From an uncultured Gemmatimonadota bacterium (GTDB lineage Bacteria > Gemmatimonadota > Gemmatimonadetes > Palauibacterales > Palauibacteraceae), in assembly GCA_964465015.1 (NCBI GenBank), contig CAYXHP010000148.1, positions 2,072-66,071 of the forward strand: a stretch of DNA of 64,000 bases, in the 5' to 3' direction. This document shows, piece after piece, positions 47,595-55,482 of this stretch. The position numbers and the translations under genes were made by a program. Numbering within the stretch: the stretch's first letter is position 1; the number at the start of each line of letters is the position of its first letter. The notes beneath the pieces were generated by a model. It saw only the letters and a program-made list of their open reading frames with translations, was not told the DNA's origin and made no database searches.

Positions 47595-48277
47595 CGGCGC
47601 CGGGCGGCGGCGACGCGACCGAGTCCGGCACGTGGGCGGTCGATCTCCACATGCACACGCGTGCATCGCGCGATTGCACCACCGAGCCGCGCGCGCTCCT
47701 GGAACGGGCGCGGGCCATCGGACTGGACCGGATCGCGATCACGGACCACGACCGGATCGAGGGAGCGCTCGAGGCGCGCGACCTCGATCCGCAGCGCGTG
47801 ATCGTGGGCGAGGAGGTGCGAACCTCCGAGGGCCTCGACCTCATCGGCCTCTTCCTGGAACGGTGGATCGAGCCGGGAGGCGACTTCCGCCGCGTGTCCG
47901 AAGCCATCCGCGCCCAGGGCGGGGTGGTCTACCTGCCCCATCCCTTCGACGCCCGTCGGGGCACGGACGAGGAGTTCCTGGAGTCCGTGGCCGACTGCGT
48001 GGACGCCGTGGAGGCGTTCAACGCCCGCTGTCACGACCCGACCGCCAACGACCGGGCTCGGGCCTGGGGGGAGATCCGGGGGCTCCCCCTCGGTGCGGGC
48101 AGCGACGCGCACACCCTGGCGGAGCTGGGGAGGGGGCGCGTCCACCTGCCCCCCTTCAAAAGCCCGAACGAGTTCCTGCGCGCGCTGGCCCGAGGACGGA
48201 TCGAGGGCCACACCTCCGGCCGCTGGGTGCACCTGGCGTCCACCTGGGCCAAACTGCGCGGCCAGCTGCCTCTCTGA
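47591..48277 (+). CDS. PHP-domain metallohydrolase, second copy
   Basis: AVDLHMHTRASRDC...IAITDHD... Confidence 0.75.
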   Translation: MTAPGGGDATESGTWAVDLHMHTRASRDCTTEPRALLERARAIGLDRIAITDHDRIEGALEARDLDPQRVIVGEEVRTSEGLDLIGLFLERWIEPGGDFRRVSEAIRAQGGVVYLPHPFDARRGTDEEFLESVADCVDAVEAFNARCHDPTANDRARAWGEIRGLPLGAGSDAHTLAELGRGRVHLPPFKSPNEFLRALARGRIEGHTSGRWVHLASTWAKLRGQLPL

Positions 48278-48290
48278 CGTACCAGATTCC

Positions 48291-48320
48291 TTGACGTGCC
48301 GGACGAACGCGGGCTAGGGT
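48291..48320 (+). promoter_or_regulatory. Candidate sigma-70-like promoter: TTGACG, 18-nt spacer, TAGGGT
   Basis: Read from the sequence ~120 nt upstream of the transporter start. Confidence 0.3.
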
Positions 48321-48440
48321 CCCCGACCGATGGCCGGGGAGCGGGCGGCGCCATGGGTCGGTGGCGACCCGGGACGTGCGCCGCCCGCCGCCCGTCCATC
48401 CGAAGACCCGGGAGCCTCGTCTGAGAGCCGGAGGACGCCG

Positions 48441-50051
48441 TTGAGCGTCGAGACACACCAGCAGGAGCAGTGGGGAACGCGCATCGGACTCATCCTGGCC
48501 ATGGCGGGGAACGCCGTGGGGCTGGGAAACTTTCTCCGTTTCCCGGTACAGGCCGCCCAGAACGGCGGCGGCACCTTCATGATCCCCTACTTCGTGTCGT
48601 TCCTGGTCCTGGGCATTCCGCTCATGTGGATCGAGTGGACGATCGGACGCTTCGGGGGAAAGTTCGGTCACGGTAGCCTGCCCGGCATGTTCGACGAGCT
48701 CACCGACCGGAAGAAGCCGTGGGCCAAGTACCTGGGCGTGCTCGGCCTGGTCACGCCCCTGGTGGTGTTCATCTACTACACCTACGTGGTCTCGTGGATG
48801 CTGGGGTTCAGCTTCTTCAGCGCCACCGGGGGATATTTCGGCCTGGGTCAGGTCGGCCAGATGCGCCACTACCTGTACTCCTTCCAGAACATCTTCGACT
48901 CCTCGATGCACGGGGGCTGGCTGGCGCTGCTGTTCTTCATCCTCACCCTCCTCTTCCTGGGCTGGGTACTGTCACGCGGAATCAGCGGCGGTATCGAGAA
49001 GCTGGCCCTCATCGGGATGCCGCTGTTGTTCATCTTCGCCCTCGTTCTCATGGTGCGGGTCCTCACCCTGCCGGCCGTGAAAGCCTCCCCGGCCCAGGGG
49101 CTCAACTTCATCTGGAATCCGCACTGGACCAGCCTCTCCGACCCCAAGGTGTGGCTGGCCGCGGCGGGACAGATGTTCTTCACACTCTCACTGGGGGCGG
49201 GACAGATCCACGCCTACGCGTCGTATCTGGACGCGCACGAGGACGTGACCCTCACCGGGTTGTCCACCGCGGCCACGAACGAGTTCGCCGAGGTCGTGCT
49301 CGGGGGCACGATCGCGATCACCGCGGCCGTGGTGTTCTTCGGGGTGAGCGGCGCCGTATCGATCGCGAAGGGGGGCACGTTCGATCTGGGGATCGTGGCC
49401 ATGGGCGTGGTCTTCCAGGGCCTTCCGGGGCCGCAGATCTGGGGGCAGGTATTCGGCGTGCTTTGGTTCTTCCTGCTGTTCATCGCCGGGATCACCTCCT
49501 GCGTGGCCCTGGCCACCCCCACGATCAGCTTTCTGCAGGAGGAGTTCGCGTGGACGCGCCGGCGCGCCTCGTACGGTGTCATGGGTGTGGCGCTCCTCCT
49601 GGGGCTGACACACGTCGTCTTCTATCAGCACGGCTTCATGTCCGAGTGGGACTACTGGGCGGGCACCTTCGGCCTGGTGGTGCTGGCCACGATCGAGATC
49701 TTCCTGTTCTCGTTCGGGTTCGGCATCGATCGCGGCTGGGAGGAGATGCACCACGGGGCGGACCTCAGGGTGCCGGCCCTGTTCAAGCCGATCATGAAGT
49801 GGGTCACGCCGGCGTTCCTGGTGCTTCTGTTCGCGTGGTGGGGGTGGAGCGAGGCCATACCGACCTTCCTCATGCACGGGGTTTCCAACCCGGCCGACAT
49901 CCCCTACCGGTGGGCCAGCCGCGGACTCATCGTGATGCTGGGCCTCGTGGGACTGTGGCTCATCCGGGTGGCGTGGCGCAGGAAGGCGGCTCGGGCCGCC
50001 GGCACCGGAGGCGCCCCGGGCGAGGCCGGGCCGGCCGCGTCGGCTCGATAG
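48441..50051 (+). CDS. Sodium-dependent transporter of the neurotransmitter:sodium symporter (NSS/SNF) family. Probable TTG start at 48441 with GGAGGA 6 nt upstream.
   Basis: EQWGTRIGLILAMAGNAVGLGNFLRFP...GGGTFMIPYF...about 12 TM helices. The track ORF begins at 48330 with low-complexity junk. Confidence 0.8.
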   Translation: MSVETHQQEQWGTRIGLILAMAGNAVGLGNFLRFPVQAAQNGGGTFMIPYFVSFLVLGIPLMWIEWTIGRFGGKFGHGSLPGMFDELTDRKKPWAKYLGVLGLVTPLVVFIYYTYVVSWMLGFSFFSATGGYFGLGQVGQMRHYLYSFQNIFDSSMHGGWLALLFFILTLLFLGWVLSRGISGGIEKLALIGMPLLFIFALVLMVRVLTLPAVKASPAQGLNFIWNPHWTSLSDPKVWLAAAGQMFFTLSLGAGQIHAYASYLDAHEDVTLTGLSTAATNEFAEVVLGGTIAITAAVVFFGVSGAVSIAKGGTFDLGIVAMGVVFQGLPGPQIWGQVFGVLWFFLLFIAGITSCVALATPTISFLQEEFAWTRRRASYGVMGVALLLGLTHVVFYQHGFMSEWDYWAGTFGLVVLATIEIFLFSFGFGIDRGWEEMHHGADLRVPALFKPIMKWVTPAFLVLLFAWWGWSEAIPTFLMHGVSNPADIPYRWASRGLIVMLGLVGLWLIRVAWRRKAARAAGTGGAPGEAGPAASAR

Positions 50052-50066
50052 AGGAGGCGAGGGACG

Positions 50067-50264
50067 ATGCAGAACGGAGGGCTGACCGGATTCGCGGCCG
50101 TGTTCATGGCCGTCAGCATGGGATCGGTGACGATCCTCATGGTGTGGTGCTTCTACCGCATCCTCACCCAGCCCGACTCGTCGGGCCCGGTCGGGGGGGA
50201 CCGGCCGGAGGGCGCGGGTGGGGAGGGCACGCCCGGGCCGAGCCGGGAAGCGGGGAACCTGTGA
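50067..50264 (+). CDS. Small membrane protein (65 aa) immediately downstream of the NSS transporter
   Basis: One TM helix (FAAVFMAVSMGSVTILMVWCFY) followed by a Gly/Pro-rich tail. Its position resembles the small subunits found after some Na+-symporters. Confidence 0.4.
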   Translation: MQNGGLTGFAAVFMAVSMGSVTILMVWCFYRILTQPDSSGPVGGDRPEGAGGEGTPGPSREAGNL

Positions 50265-50286
50265 GGTCGGTCCCCGGGGTTCGGTC

Positions 50287-51327
50287 GTGACCGCGGCGCG
50301 CGGATCCGGCGACAGGCCGGTGAGCCGCCCTGGGCCCGAGCGCCGCGAGGCGCTGGTCGGGCTCCGGGATGTGCTCGAGCGCTGCCACAGGGTGGCGCTC
50401 ACCACCCATGTGAACGCGGACGGGGACGGCGCGGGGAGCGAGGTGGCGGCGGCGCTGTATCTGGAGGAGAGGGGACTCGAGGTCGCGATCGTGAACCCGA
50501 CGCCCTTTCCGCCCATGTTCGAGTTCCTCCTGGACGGCCGGAAGACCTGGACGCCCGAGCGGGAGGAGGGACGCCGGGCGCTCGAGGACGCCGACGCCAT
50601 CCTCATCCTCGACACCTCGGAGGCGTCGCGCATCGGCTCGGTGGCCGAGCGGATCGATGGCCTCAGGGTGCTGGTGATCGATCACCATCCGCCTACGCCG
50701 CGCGCCCTCGGCGAAACGGTGGTGCTCGATCCGACGGCCTGCGCCACCGGCGAGCTGGTCTACGACCTCCTCGCGCTGGAGGGTCGGCGTCCGAACGTCG
50801 CCCAGGCGCGCGCGCTCTACGTGGCGATCGTCACGGACACGGGTTCCTTCCGGTTCGGCAACACCACGCCCCGCGCTCACGCCATCGCCGCCGAGCTGCT
50901 CCGGGCCGGCGTAGACGTCGAGGGCATGTTCCGCCGGCTGTTCGCGCGCTACACGGAGTCGGGCCTCGAGCTCCTGAAGAGGACGCTGGCGACGCTCCAG
51001 GTGGATCGAGAGCACGCCATCGCGTGGGTGACGTTGCGCGACGTGGATGTCCAGGACACGGGCGCGGACGCCGAGGACCGTGAGGGCCTGGTGGAGTATC
51101 CGCGGCGACTGGACGGGGTCGAGGTGGCGATCCTGTTCCGGGAGCTCGCCGATGGCCGGACCAAGATCTCCGTGCGATCCAACGGCCGGGTGGACGTGGC
51201 GGAGGTGGCGCGGGACTTCGGCGGAGGAGGACACCCGCAGGCGGCCGGAGCCCTCGTGGCCGAGCCGCTGGACGTCACCCGGCGCCGGGTGGTCGAGCGG
51301 GTGCGTCGCGCCGTGGAGGAAGCCTGA
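50287..51327 (+). CDS. DHH/DHHA1 bifunctional oligoribonuclease / pAp-phosphatase (NrnA-like), second paralogue
   Basis: GTG start. VALTTHVNADGDGAGSE...LVIDHHPP...FGGGGHPQAAGA. Confidence 0.8.
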   Translation: MTAARGSGDRPVSRPGPERREALVGLRDVLERCHRVALTTHVNADGDGAGSEVAAALYLEERGLEVAIVNPTPFPPMFEFLLDGRKTWTPEREEGRRALEDADAILILDTSEASRIGSVAERIDGLRVLVIDHHPPTPRALGETVVLDPTACATGELVYDLLALEGRRPNVAQARALYVAIVTDTGSFRFGNTTPRAHAIAAELLRAGVDVEGMFRRLFARYTESGLELLKRTLATLQVDREHAIAWVTLRDVDVQDTGADAEDREGLVEYPRRLDGVEVAILFRELADGRTKISVRSNGRVDVAEVARDFGGGGHPQAAGALVAEPLDVTRRRVVERVRRAVEEA

Positions 51328-51395
51328 GCGCGGCCGACGCGGACCGGGCCGCGCCCTGCGCGGAGTCGTCCGCCCGGGGCGGCGCCCCGGACGAG

Positions 51396-51902
51396 GTGCC
51401 GGGCCGCTCGGGAGACGTGACCGGCGATCTGCCCGAACCGGTTCCAGCTCCGGTGGCTCGCCGGCTCGTGCAGGTCGCCAGCCGGGTCGCTCCGCCGGTG
51501 ATCGAGGAGATCTGGATCTTCCCCCCTCTGCCGGACCTGGAGGAATCCTCCGAATTCGTCGTCTTCACCCGCCGGGAAGAGGATGGCCGCCTTCGCCTCT
51601 ACACGGCGCGGCCACGAGCCCGAGCGGCGGACCCGGACGCGGAGGAGGTCACGGCGCACGGGGCCGTCCCACCGGACCGGGTGCCTCGCCTCCTCGCACG
51701 CTTCCAGCGACGCGTCGGGACCGAGCACGAGCCCGTGCACGTGGCGCTGGGCGGCTCGGAACGGCGGTGGCGCGCCCTCGTCCGACTCGCCTTCCCGGAG
51801 GTGGCCGAGGGGGATGCGCCCGTCGGAGAGGCGGCGGAACCGGGCGCCGGCCCCCGCTCCGCGGCCGGCGCGGACGTTGATGGGGGCGGCACGAATCCTT
51901 AG
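51396..51902 (+). CDS. Hypothetical protein
   Basis: Non-repetitive sequence with >80% GC at third codon positions. No family recognised. Confidence 0.4.
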   Translation: MPGRSGDVTGDLPEPVPAPVARRLVQVASRVAPPVIEEIWIFPPLPDLEESSEFVVFTRREEDGRLRLYTARPRARAADPDAEEVTAHGAVPPDRVPRLLARFQRRVGTEHEPVHVALGGSERRWRALVRLAFPEVAEGDAPVGEAAEPGAGPRSAAGADVDGGGTNP

Positions 51903-51978
51903 CTTCATCGCGATCGTGGCGGGCCGTCCGCGGACGGCTCCGGACGGTGAACGCGAGCGATGGCGGCGGCGGCGATCC

Positions 51979-52431
51979 GTGGGTGAGGGTGAGGCACAAA
52001 GGCGACCGGCCGAGGAGCTCGAAGCGGAGCTCCGCGAGGCCCTCGAGGCCGACGGGCACCGTTTCACGGCACAGCGCGCGGCCGTGTACGACGTGTTGGA
52101 CGGCTCCCTCTCGCACCCCACCGCGGACGAGATCTTCACGTCCGTGCGCGAGCGGCTCCCCGACATCAGCCTGGCCACGGTCTACAAGGCGCTCGAGGCC
52201 TTCGTGAGCTGCGGCCTGGCGAGAAAGCTCACCCTCGGAGACGGCCCCGCTCGCTACGATGGTCGTACGGACGAGCACGAGCACGTGCGCTGTCTGAGTT
52301 GCGGCCGGGTGTCCGATGTGGACGATGTCAGCCTCGCCTCCTGGGTCGATTCCGTGGCGAGGAAGACGGACTTCCGAATCGTCAACTACCGCCTGGAGCT
52401 CCTGGGACACTGCTCGATCTGTCGAGGCTGA
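51979..52431 (+). CDS. Fur-family transcriptional regulator
   Basis: GTG start. HPTADEIFTSVRERLPDISLATVYKAL...GRTDEHEHVRCLSCGRV...GHCSICRG. Confidence 0.75.
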   Translation: MGEGEAQRRPAEELEAELREALEADGHRFTAQRAAVYDVLDGSLSHPTADEIFTSVRERLPDISLATVYKALEAFVSCGLARKLTLGDGPARYDGRTDEHEHVRCLSCGRVSDVDDVSLASWVDSVARKTDFRIVNYRLELLGHCSICRG

Positions 52432-52579
52432 CGCCCGGGTCCGAGCCGACGATCGAGCGCCCGGGCCCGATCCGCGCGCCACGCCGGTGCCGCCGCCCTC
52501 CACGGTCACGATCCGGAGCGAGGGGCGTCGTGCGCGCCGCTCGCGCTCCCGCACCCACCACGCCTGACCGGAGGATCCA

Positions 52580-53143
52580 GTGCCGTTCGAAGCGGTGAGT
52601 TTCGTCCCATCGCGGATGTTCCTTACGTCCGGCGTGGGGATCCACAGGGAGCGACTCTCCTCGTTCGAGATGGCCCTTCGGGATGCACGGATCGCCCGCT
52701 ACAACCTGGTCGGGGTCTCCTCCATCTTCCCTCCCCATTGCGAAATGGTGGACGTGGAGGAGGGGCTCGATCGACTCCAGCCGGGACAGATCGTGTTCTC
52801 CGTCATGGCTCGCTCCGAGACCAACGAGCCCAGCCGCCTCATCGCCTCGAGCATCGGCCTGGCGATCCCCAAGAACCCGGAGCAGTTCGGGTATCTCTCC
52901 GAGCACCACAGCTACGGTGAGACGGCCGGCCACGCCGGGAATTACGCGGAGGACCTCGCCGCCAGCATGCTCGCCACCGTGCTCGGGATACCGTTCGACC
53001 CCGACGCCGCCTGGGACGAGCAGCGCCAGGTTTGGAGCCTCTCCGACCAGATCGTGAGGACCACGAACATCACGGCGGCGGTCGAGGGCCCGGACGATGG
53101 GCGCTGGGCGACCGTCGTCTCGGCCGCCATCTTCTGTGGCTGA
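52580..53143 (+). CDS. pdaD: Pyruvoyl-dependent arginine decarboxylase (archaeal/chlamydial PdaD/AaxB type)
   Basis: NLVGVSSIFPP contains the Ser-Ser self-cleavage site that generates the pyruvoyl group. About 187 aa. Confidence 0.75.
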   Translation: MPFEAVSFVPSRMFLTSGVGIHRERLSSFEMALRDARIARYNLVGVSSIFPPHCEMVDVEEGLDRLQPGQIVFSVMARSETNEPSRLIASSIGLAIPKNPEQFGYLSEHHSYGETAGHAGNYAEDLAASMLATVLGIPFDPDAAWDEQRQVWSLSDQIVRTTNITAAVEGPDDGRWATVVSAAIFCG

Positions 53144-53146
53144 TCG

Positions 53147-54121
53147 TTGACCTCGGCCCGCTGTCCCTTCCCCGTGGAGCTCTCCGGCCTGTCGTGGACC
53201 ACGGGAGAGAACTTCATGGGCCACGGGGCCGATGCTCCCGATTGGAACGCCGCGCGCGCCGTGGTCCTGCCGGTACCCTACGAGGCCACGACCAGCTACG
53301 GGGCCGGGACGAAGGAGGGTCCGGGGGCGATCCTGTCCGCGTCCCGCTACGTGGAGCTGTACGACGAGGAGCTGGACGCCGAGCCGTGGAAGGCCGGGAT
53401 CTGCACGCTTCCCTACCTGGAGCTTCCCGGCTCGGGTCCCGAGGAGGCGGTGCGGACGCTGCGGGAGGCGTACACCCGTCTCCTGGGCGTATCCGCGGAC
53501 CGCTTCGTCGTCATGCTCGGCGGCGAACACTCGATCACGAGCGCCCCGGTGCACGCCTGGCTGGATCGGCTGGGCGGAGAGCTGTCGGTCCTGCAGCTCG
53601 ATGCCCATTCCGACCTGCGGGAGAGCTACCACGACACGCCGTGGAGCCACGCGTGCGTGATGCGGCGCGTGCTGGACCGGACCTCGCGGATCACGGCCGT
53701 CGGCATCCGGTCGCTCACGGGGGAGGAGCGCCGGCTCATCCGGGACGTGGGAATCACCACGATCTTCGCCGAGGAACTGCGGGACGATGGCTGGGTCGAG
53801 CGGGCGCTGGACAGTCTCGGGCCCAACGTGTACGTGACGTTCGATGTCGACTTCTTCGACCCCGCGCTCCTGCCGGCCACGGGAACGCCCGAGCCGGGAG
53901 GCGGGAGCTGGTGGGATGCGCTGGACCTGCTGCGGGCCGTATTCCGGGAGCGGAACGTCGTCGGCGCCGACATCGTCGAGCTCGCGCCCGGGCTCGGCTC
54001 GCACTCCTCCGGCGTGGTGGCCGCGAAGCTGGCCTACAAGATGATCGGCTACCGCTTCCCGGAGGCCGGGGCCGCCGTGACGGCAGACGCCGAGGGAGCT
54101 CCCCCGGCGGGCACGGATTGA
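53147..54121 (+). CDS. speB: Agmatinase (arginase-fold ureohydrolase)
   Basis: MLGGEHSIT...LDAHSDL...VTFDVDFFDPA...GGGSWWD...VGADIVELAP. Confidence 0.8.
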   Translation: MTSARCPFPVELSGLSWTTGENFMGHGADAPDWNAARAVVLPVPYEATTSYGAGTKEGPGAILSASRYVELYDEELDAEPWKAGICTLPYLELPGSGPEEAVRTLREAYTRLLGVSADRFVVMLGGEHSITSAPVHAWLDRLGGELSVLQLDAHSDLRESYHDTPWSHACVMRRVLDRTSRITAVGIRSLTGEERRLIRDVGITTIFAEELRDDGWVERALDSLGPNVYVTFDVDFFDPALLPATGTPEPGGGSWWDALDLLRAVFRERNVVGADIVELAPGLGSHSSGVVAAKLAYKMIGYRFPEAGAAVTADAEGAPPAGTD

Positions 54122-54134
54122 GCCGGCGGCGTCC

Positions 54135-54863
54135 ATGAGTCTCGGCATCTTCGTCGCCTTCCTGGCCGGGATCCTCTCCTTCCTCTCGCCCTGCGTCCTG
54201 CCGCTCGTACCGTCCTACCTGTCCTTCGTGGCGGGCGTCGGAATGGAGGAGCTCGAGAACGGCAGCGGCGAGGTCCGCCGGACGGCCTTCGTGCACGCCC
54301 TCCTGTTCGTGGCCGGCTTCAGCCTGGTGTTCATGGGCCTGGGCGCCTCGGCCAGCGTGTTCGGTCACGTTCTGCACGACTACCAGCGGTGGATCGCGCG
54401 CATCGGGGGCGCTCTGGTGATCCTGTTCGGCCTCCACCTCCTCGGGATCACGCCCCTCCGTCCTCTCCTGCGCGAGAAGCGCGTGCAGCTGCGCAGCCGT
54501 CCGGTCGGGATGCTGGGGGCGGTGGTCGTGGGCGTGACCTTCGGTGCCGGCTGGACGCCGTGCATCGGACCGGTGCTGGGAGGGATCCTGACCTACGCGG
54601 CCACGCAGGAGAAGCTGGCCGAGGGCGTGGGGCTCCTGGCGGTCTACTCCGCCGGCCTGGCGCTTCCGTTCCTCGCGGCGGCGGCGGCGCTGTCGCGGTT
54701 CCTCACCGTGTTCCGCCGCTTCCGGCGTTACATCCCCTGGGTGGAGCGGGTGAGCGGCGTCCTGCTGGTGGCCGTGGGAGTCCTGCTCGTGAGTGGGAAG
54801 TTCACGGTGCTCGCGTCGTGGGCGACGCGCTTCACGCCCGACTTCCTGCTGCGGAGGCTTTGA
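54135..54863 (+). CDS. ccdA: Cytochrome c-type biogenesis thiol:disulfide transporter CcdA (DsbD-core family)
   Basis: SPCVLPLVPSYLSFVAG...WTPCIGPVLGGIL. Confidence 0.85.
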   Translation: MSLGIFVAFLAGILSFLSPCVLPLVPSYLSFVAGVGMEELENGSGEVRRTAFVHALLFVAGFSLVFMGLGASASVFGHVLHDYQRWIARIGGALVILFGLHLLGITPLRPLLREKRVQLRSRPVGMLGAVVVGVTFGAGWTPCIGPVLGGILTYAATQEKLAEGVGLLAVYSAGLALPFLAAAAALSRFLTVFRRFRRYIPWVERVSGVLLVAVGVLLVSGKFTVLASWATRFTPDFLLRRL

Positions 54864-54905
54864 GGTCCGACCCACGCGCCTCCGGCGGCGGCCGGATCTC
54901 CGCCG

Positions 54906-55280
54906 TCAGCCGCAGGCCTCGTGTAGGGCGGCGTGGAGCTGCCCGCCGGTGAGGGGCTTGATCAGGTAGGCCGACGCTCCCGCCCCGAGGCAGTCCCGCT
55001 TCGTCTTCTCGTCGTTCTCTCCCGTGAGAACCACCAGCGCCGAGCTGGGGGCCGCTTTCCGGAGGCGCTCTATGAGCTCGGGGCCGGACAGGTCGGGCAG
55101 GCCGATGTCGGCCACGATGGCGGCGGGCGCGGCGTCCTCCGTGAGCCGCTGGAGCGCCTCCGCGCCGCTGCCGGCGACCTCCACCGACAGCCCGCGCGCG
55201 CCGAGCACCACCTGGAATGCGCTCCGCAGGCCCTCGTCGTCCTCGATCAGGAGAATGCGAGCCGCGTCCGGGAGCGGCAT
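54906..55280 (-). CDS. Stand-alone response-regulator receiver domain (CheY-like)
   Basis: ARILLIEDDEGLRSAF...IVADIGLPDLSG...AYLIKP. Confidence 0.75.
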   Translation of the reverse strand: MPLPDAARILLIEDDEGLRSAFQVVLGARGLSVEVAGSGAEALQRLTEDAAPAAIVADIGLPDLSGPELIERLRKAAPSSALVVLTGENDEKTKRDCLGAGASAYLIKPLTGGQLHAALHEACG

Positions 55281-55482
55281 GGATCAGCCCTCTCGCGCCG
55301 GGCGATCCCCGGCGGCGGCAGCGTCCGGCCACGCCGGCGCTGTCCGGTACCGGAGCCGCGTGGCATCCGAACGGGCGGATTCGGGAATCGAGGGAACGGC
55401 CGGCAACGGAAAGTCCTCTACGATGCCCTCGTTCAGAGGTGGGAGCCCCGTCGTCGGGCCCCCGATTTCGCGAAGCGACAGA

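Noticed and set aside
52382-54148. 588-aa minus ORF
   Set aside because: It is antisense to pdaD and speB, which have unambiguous motifs.
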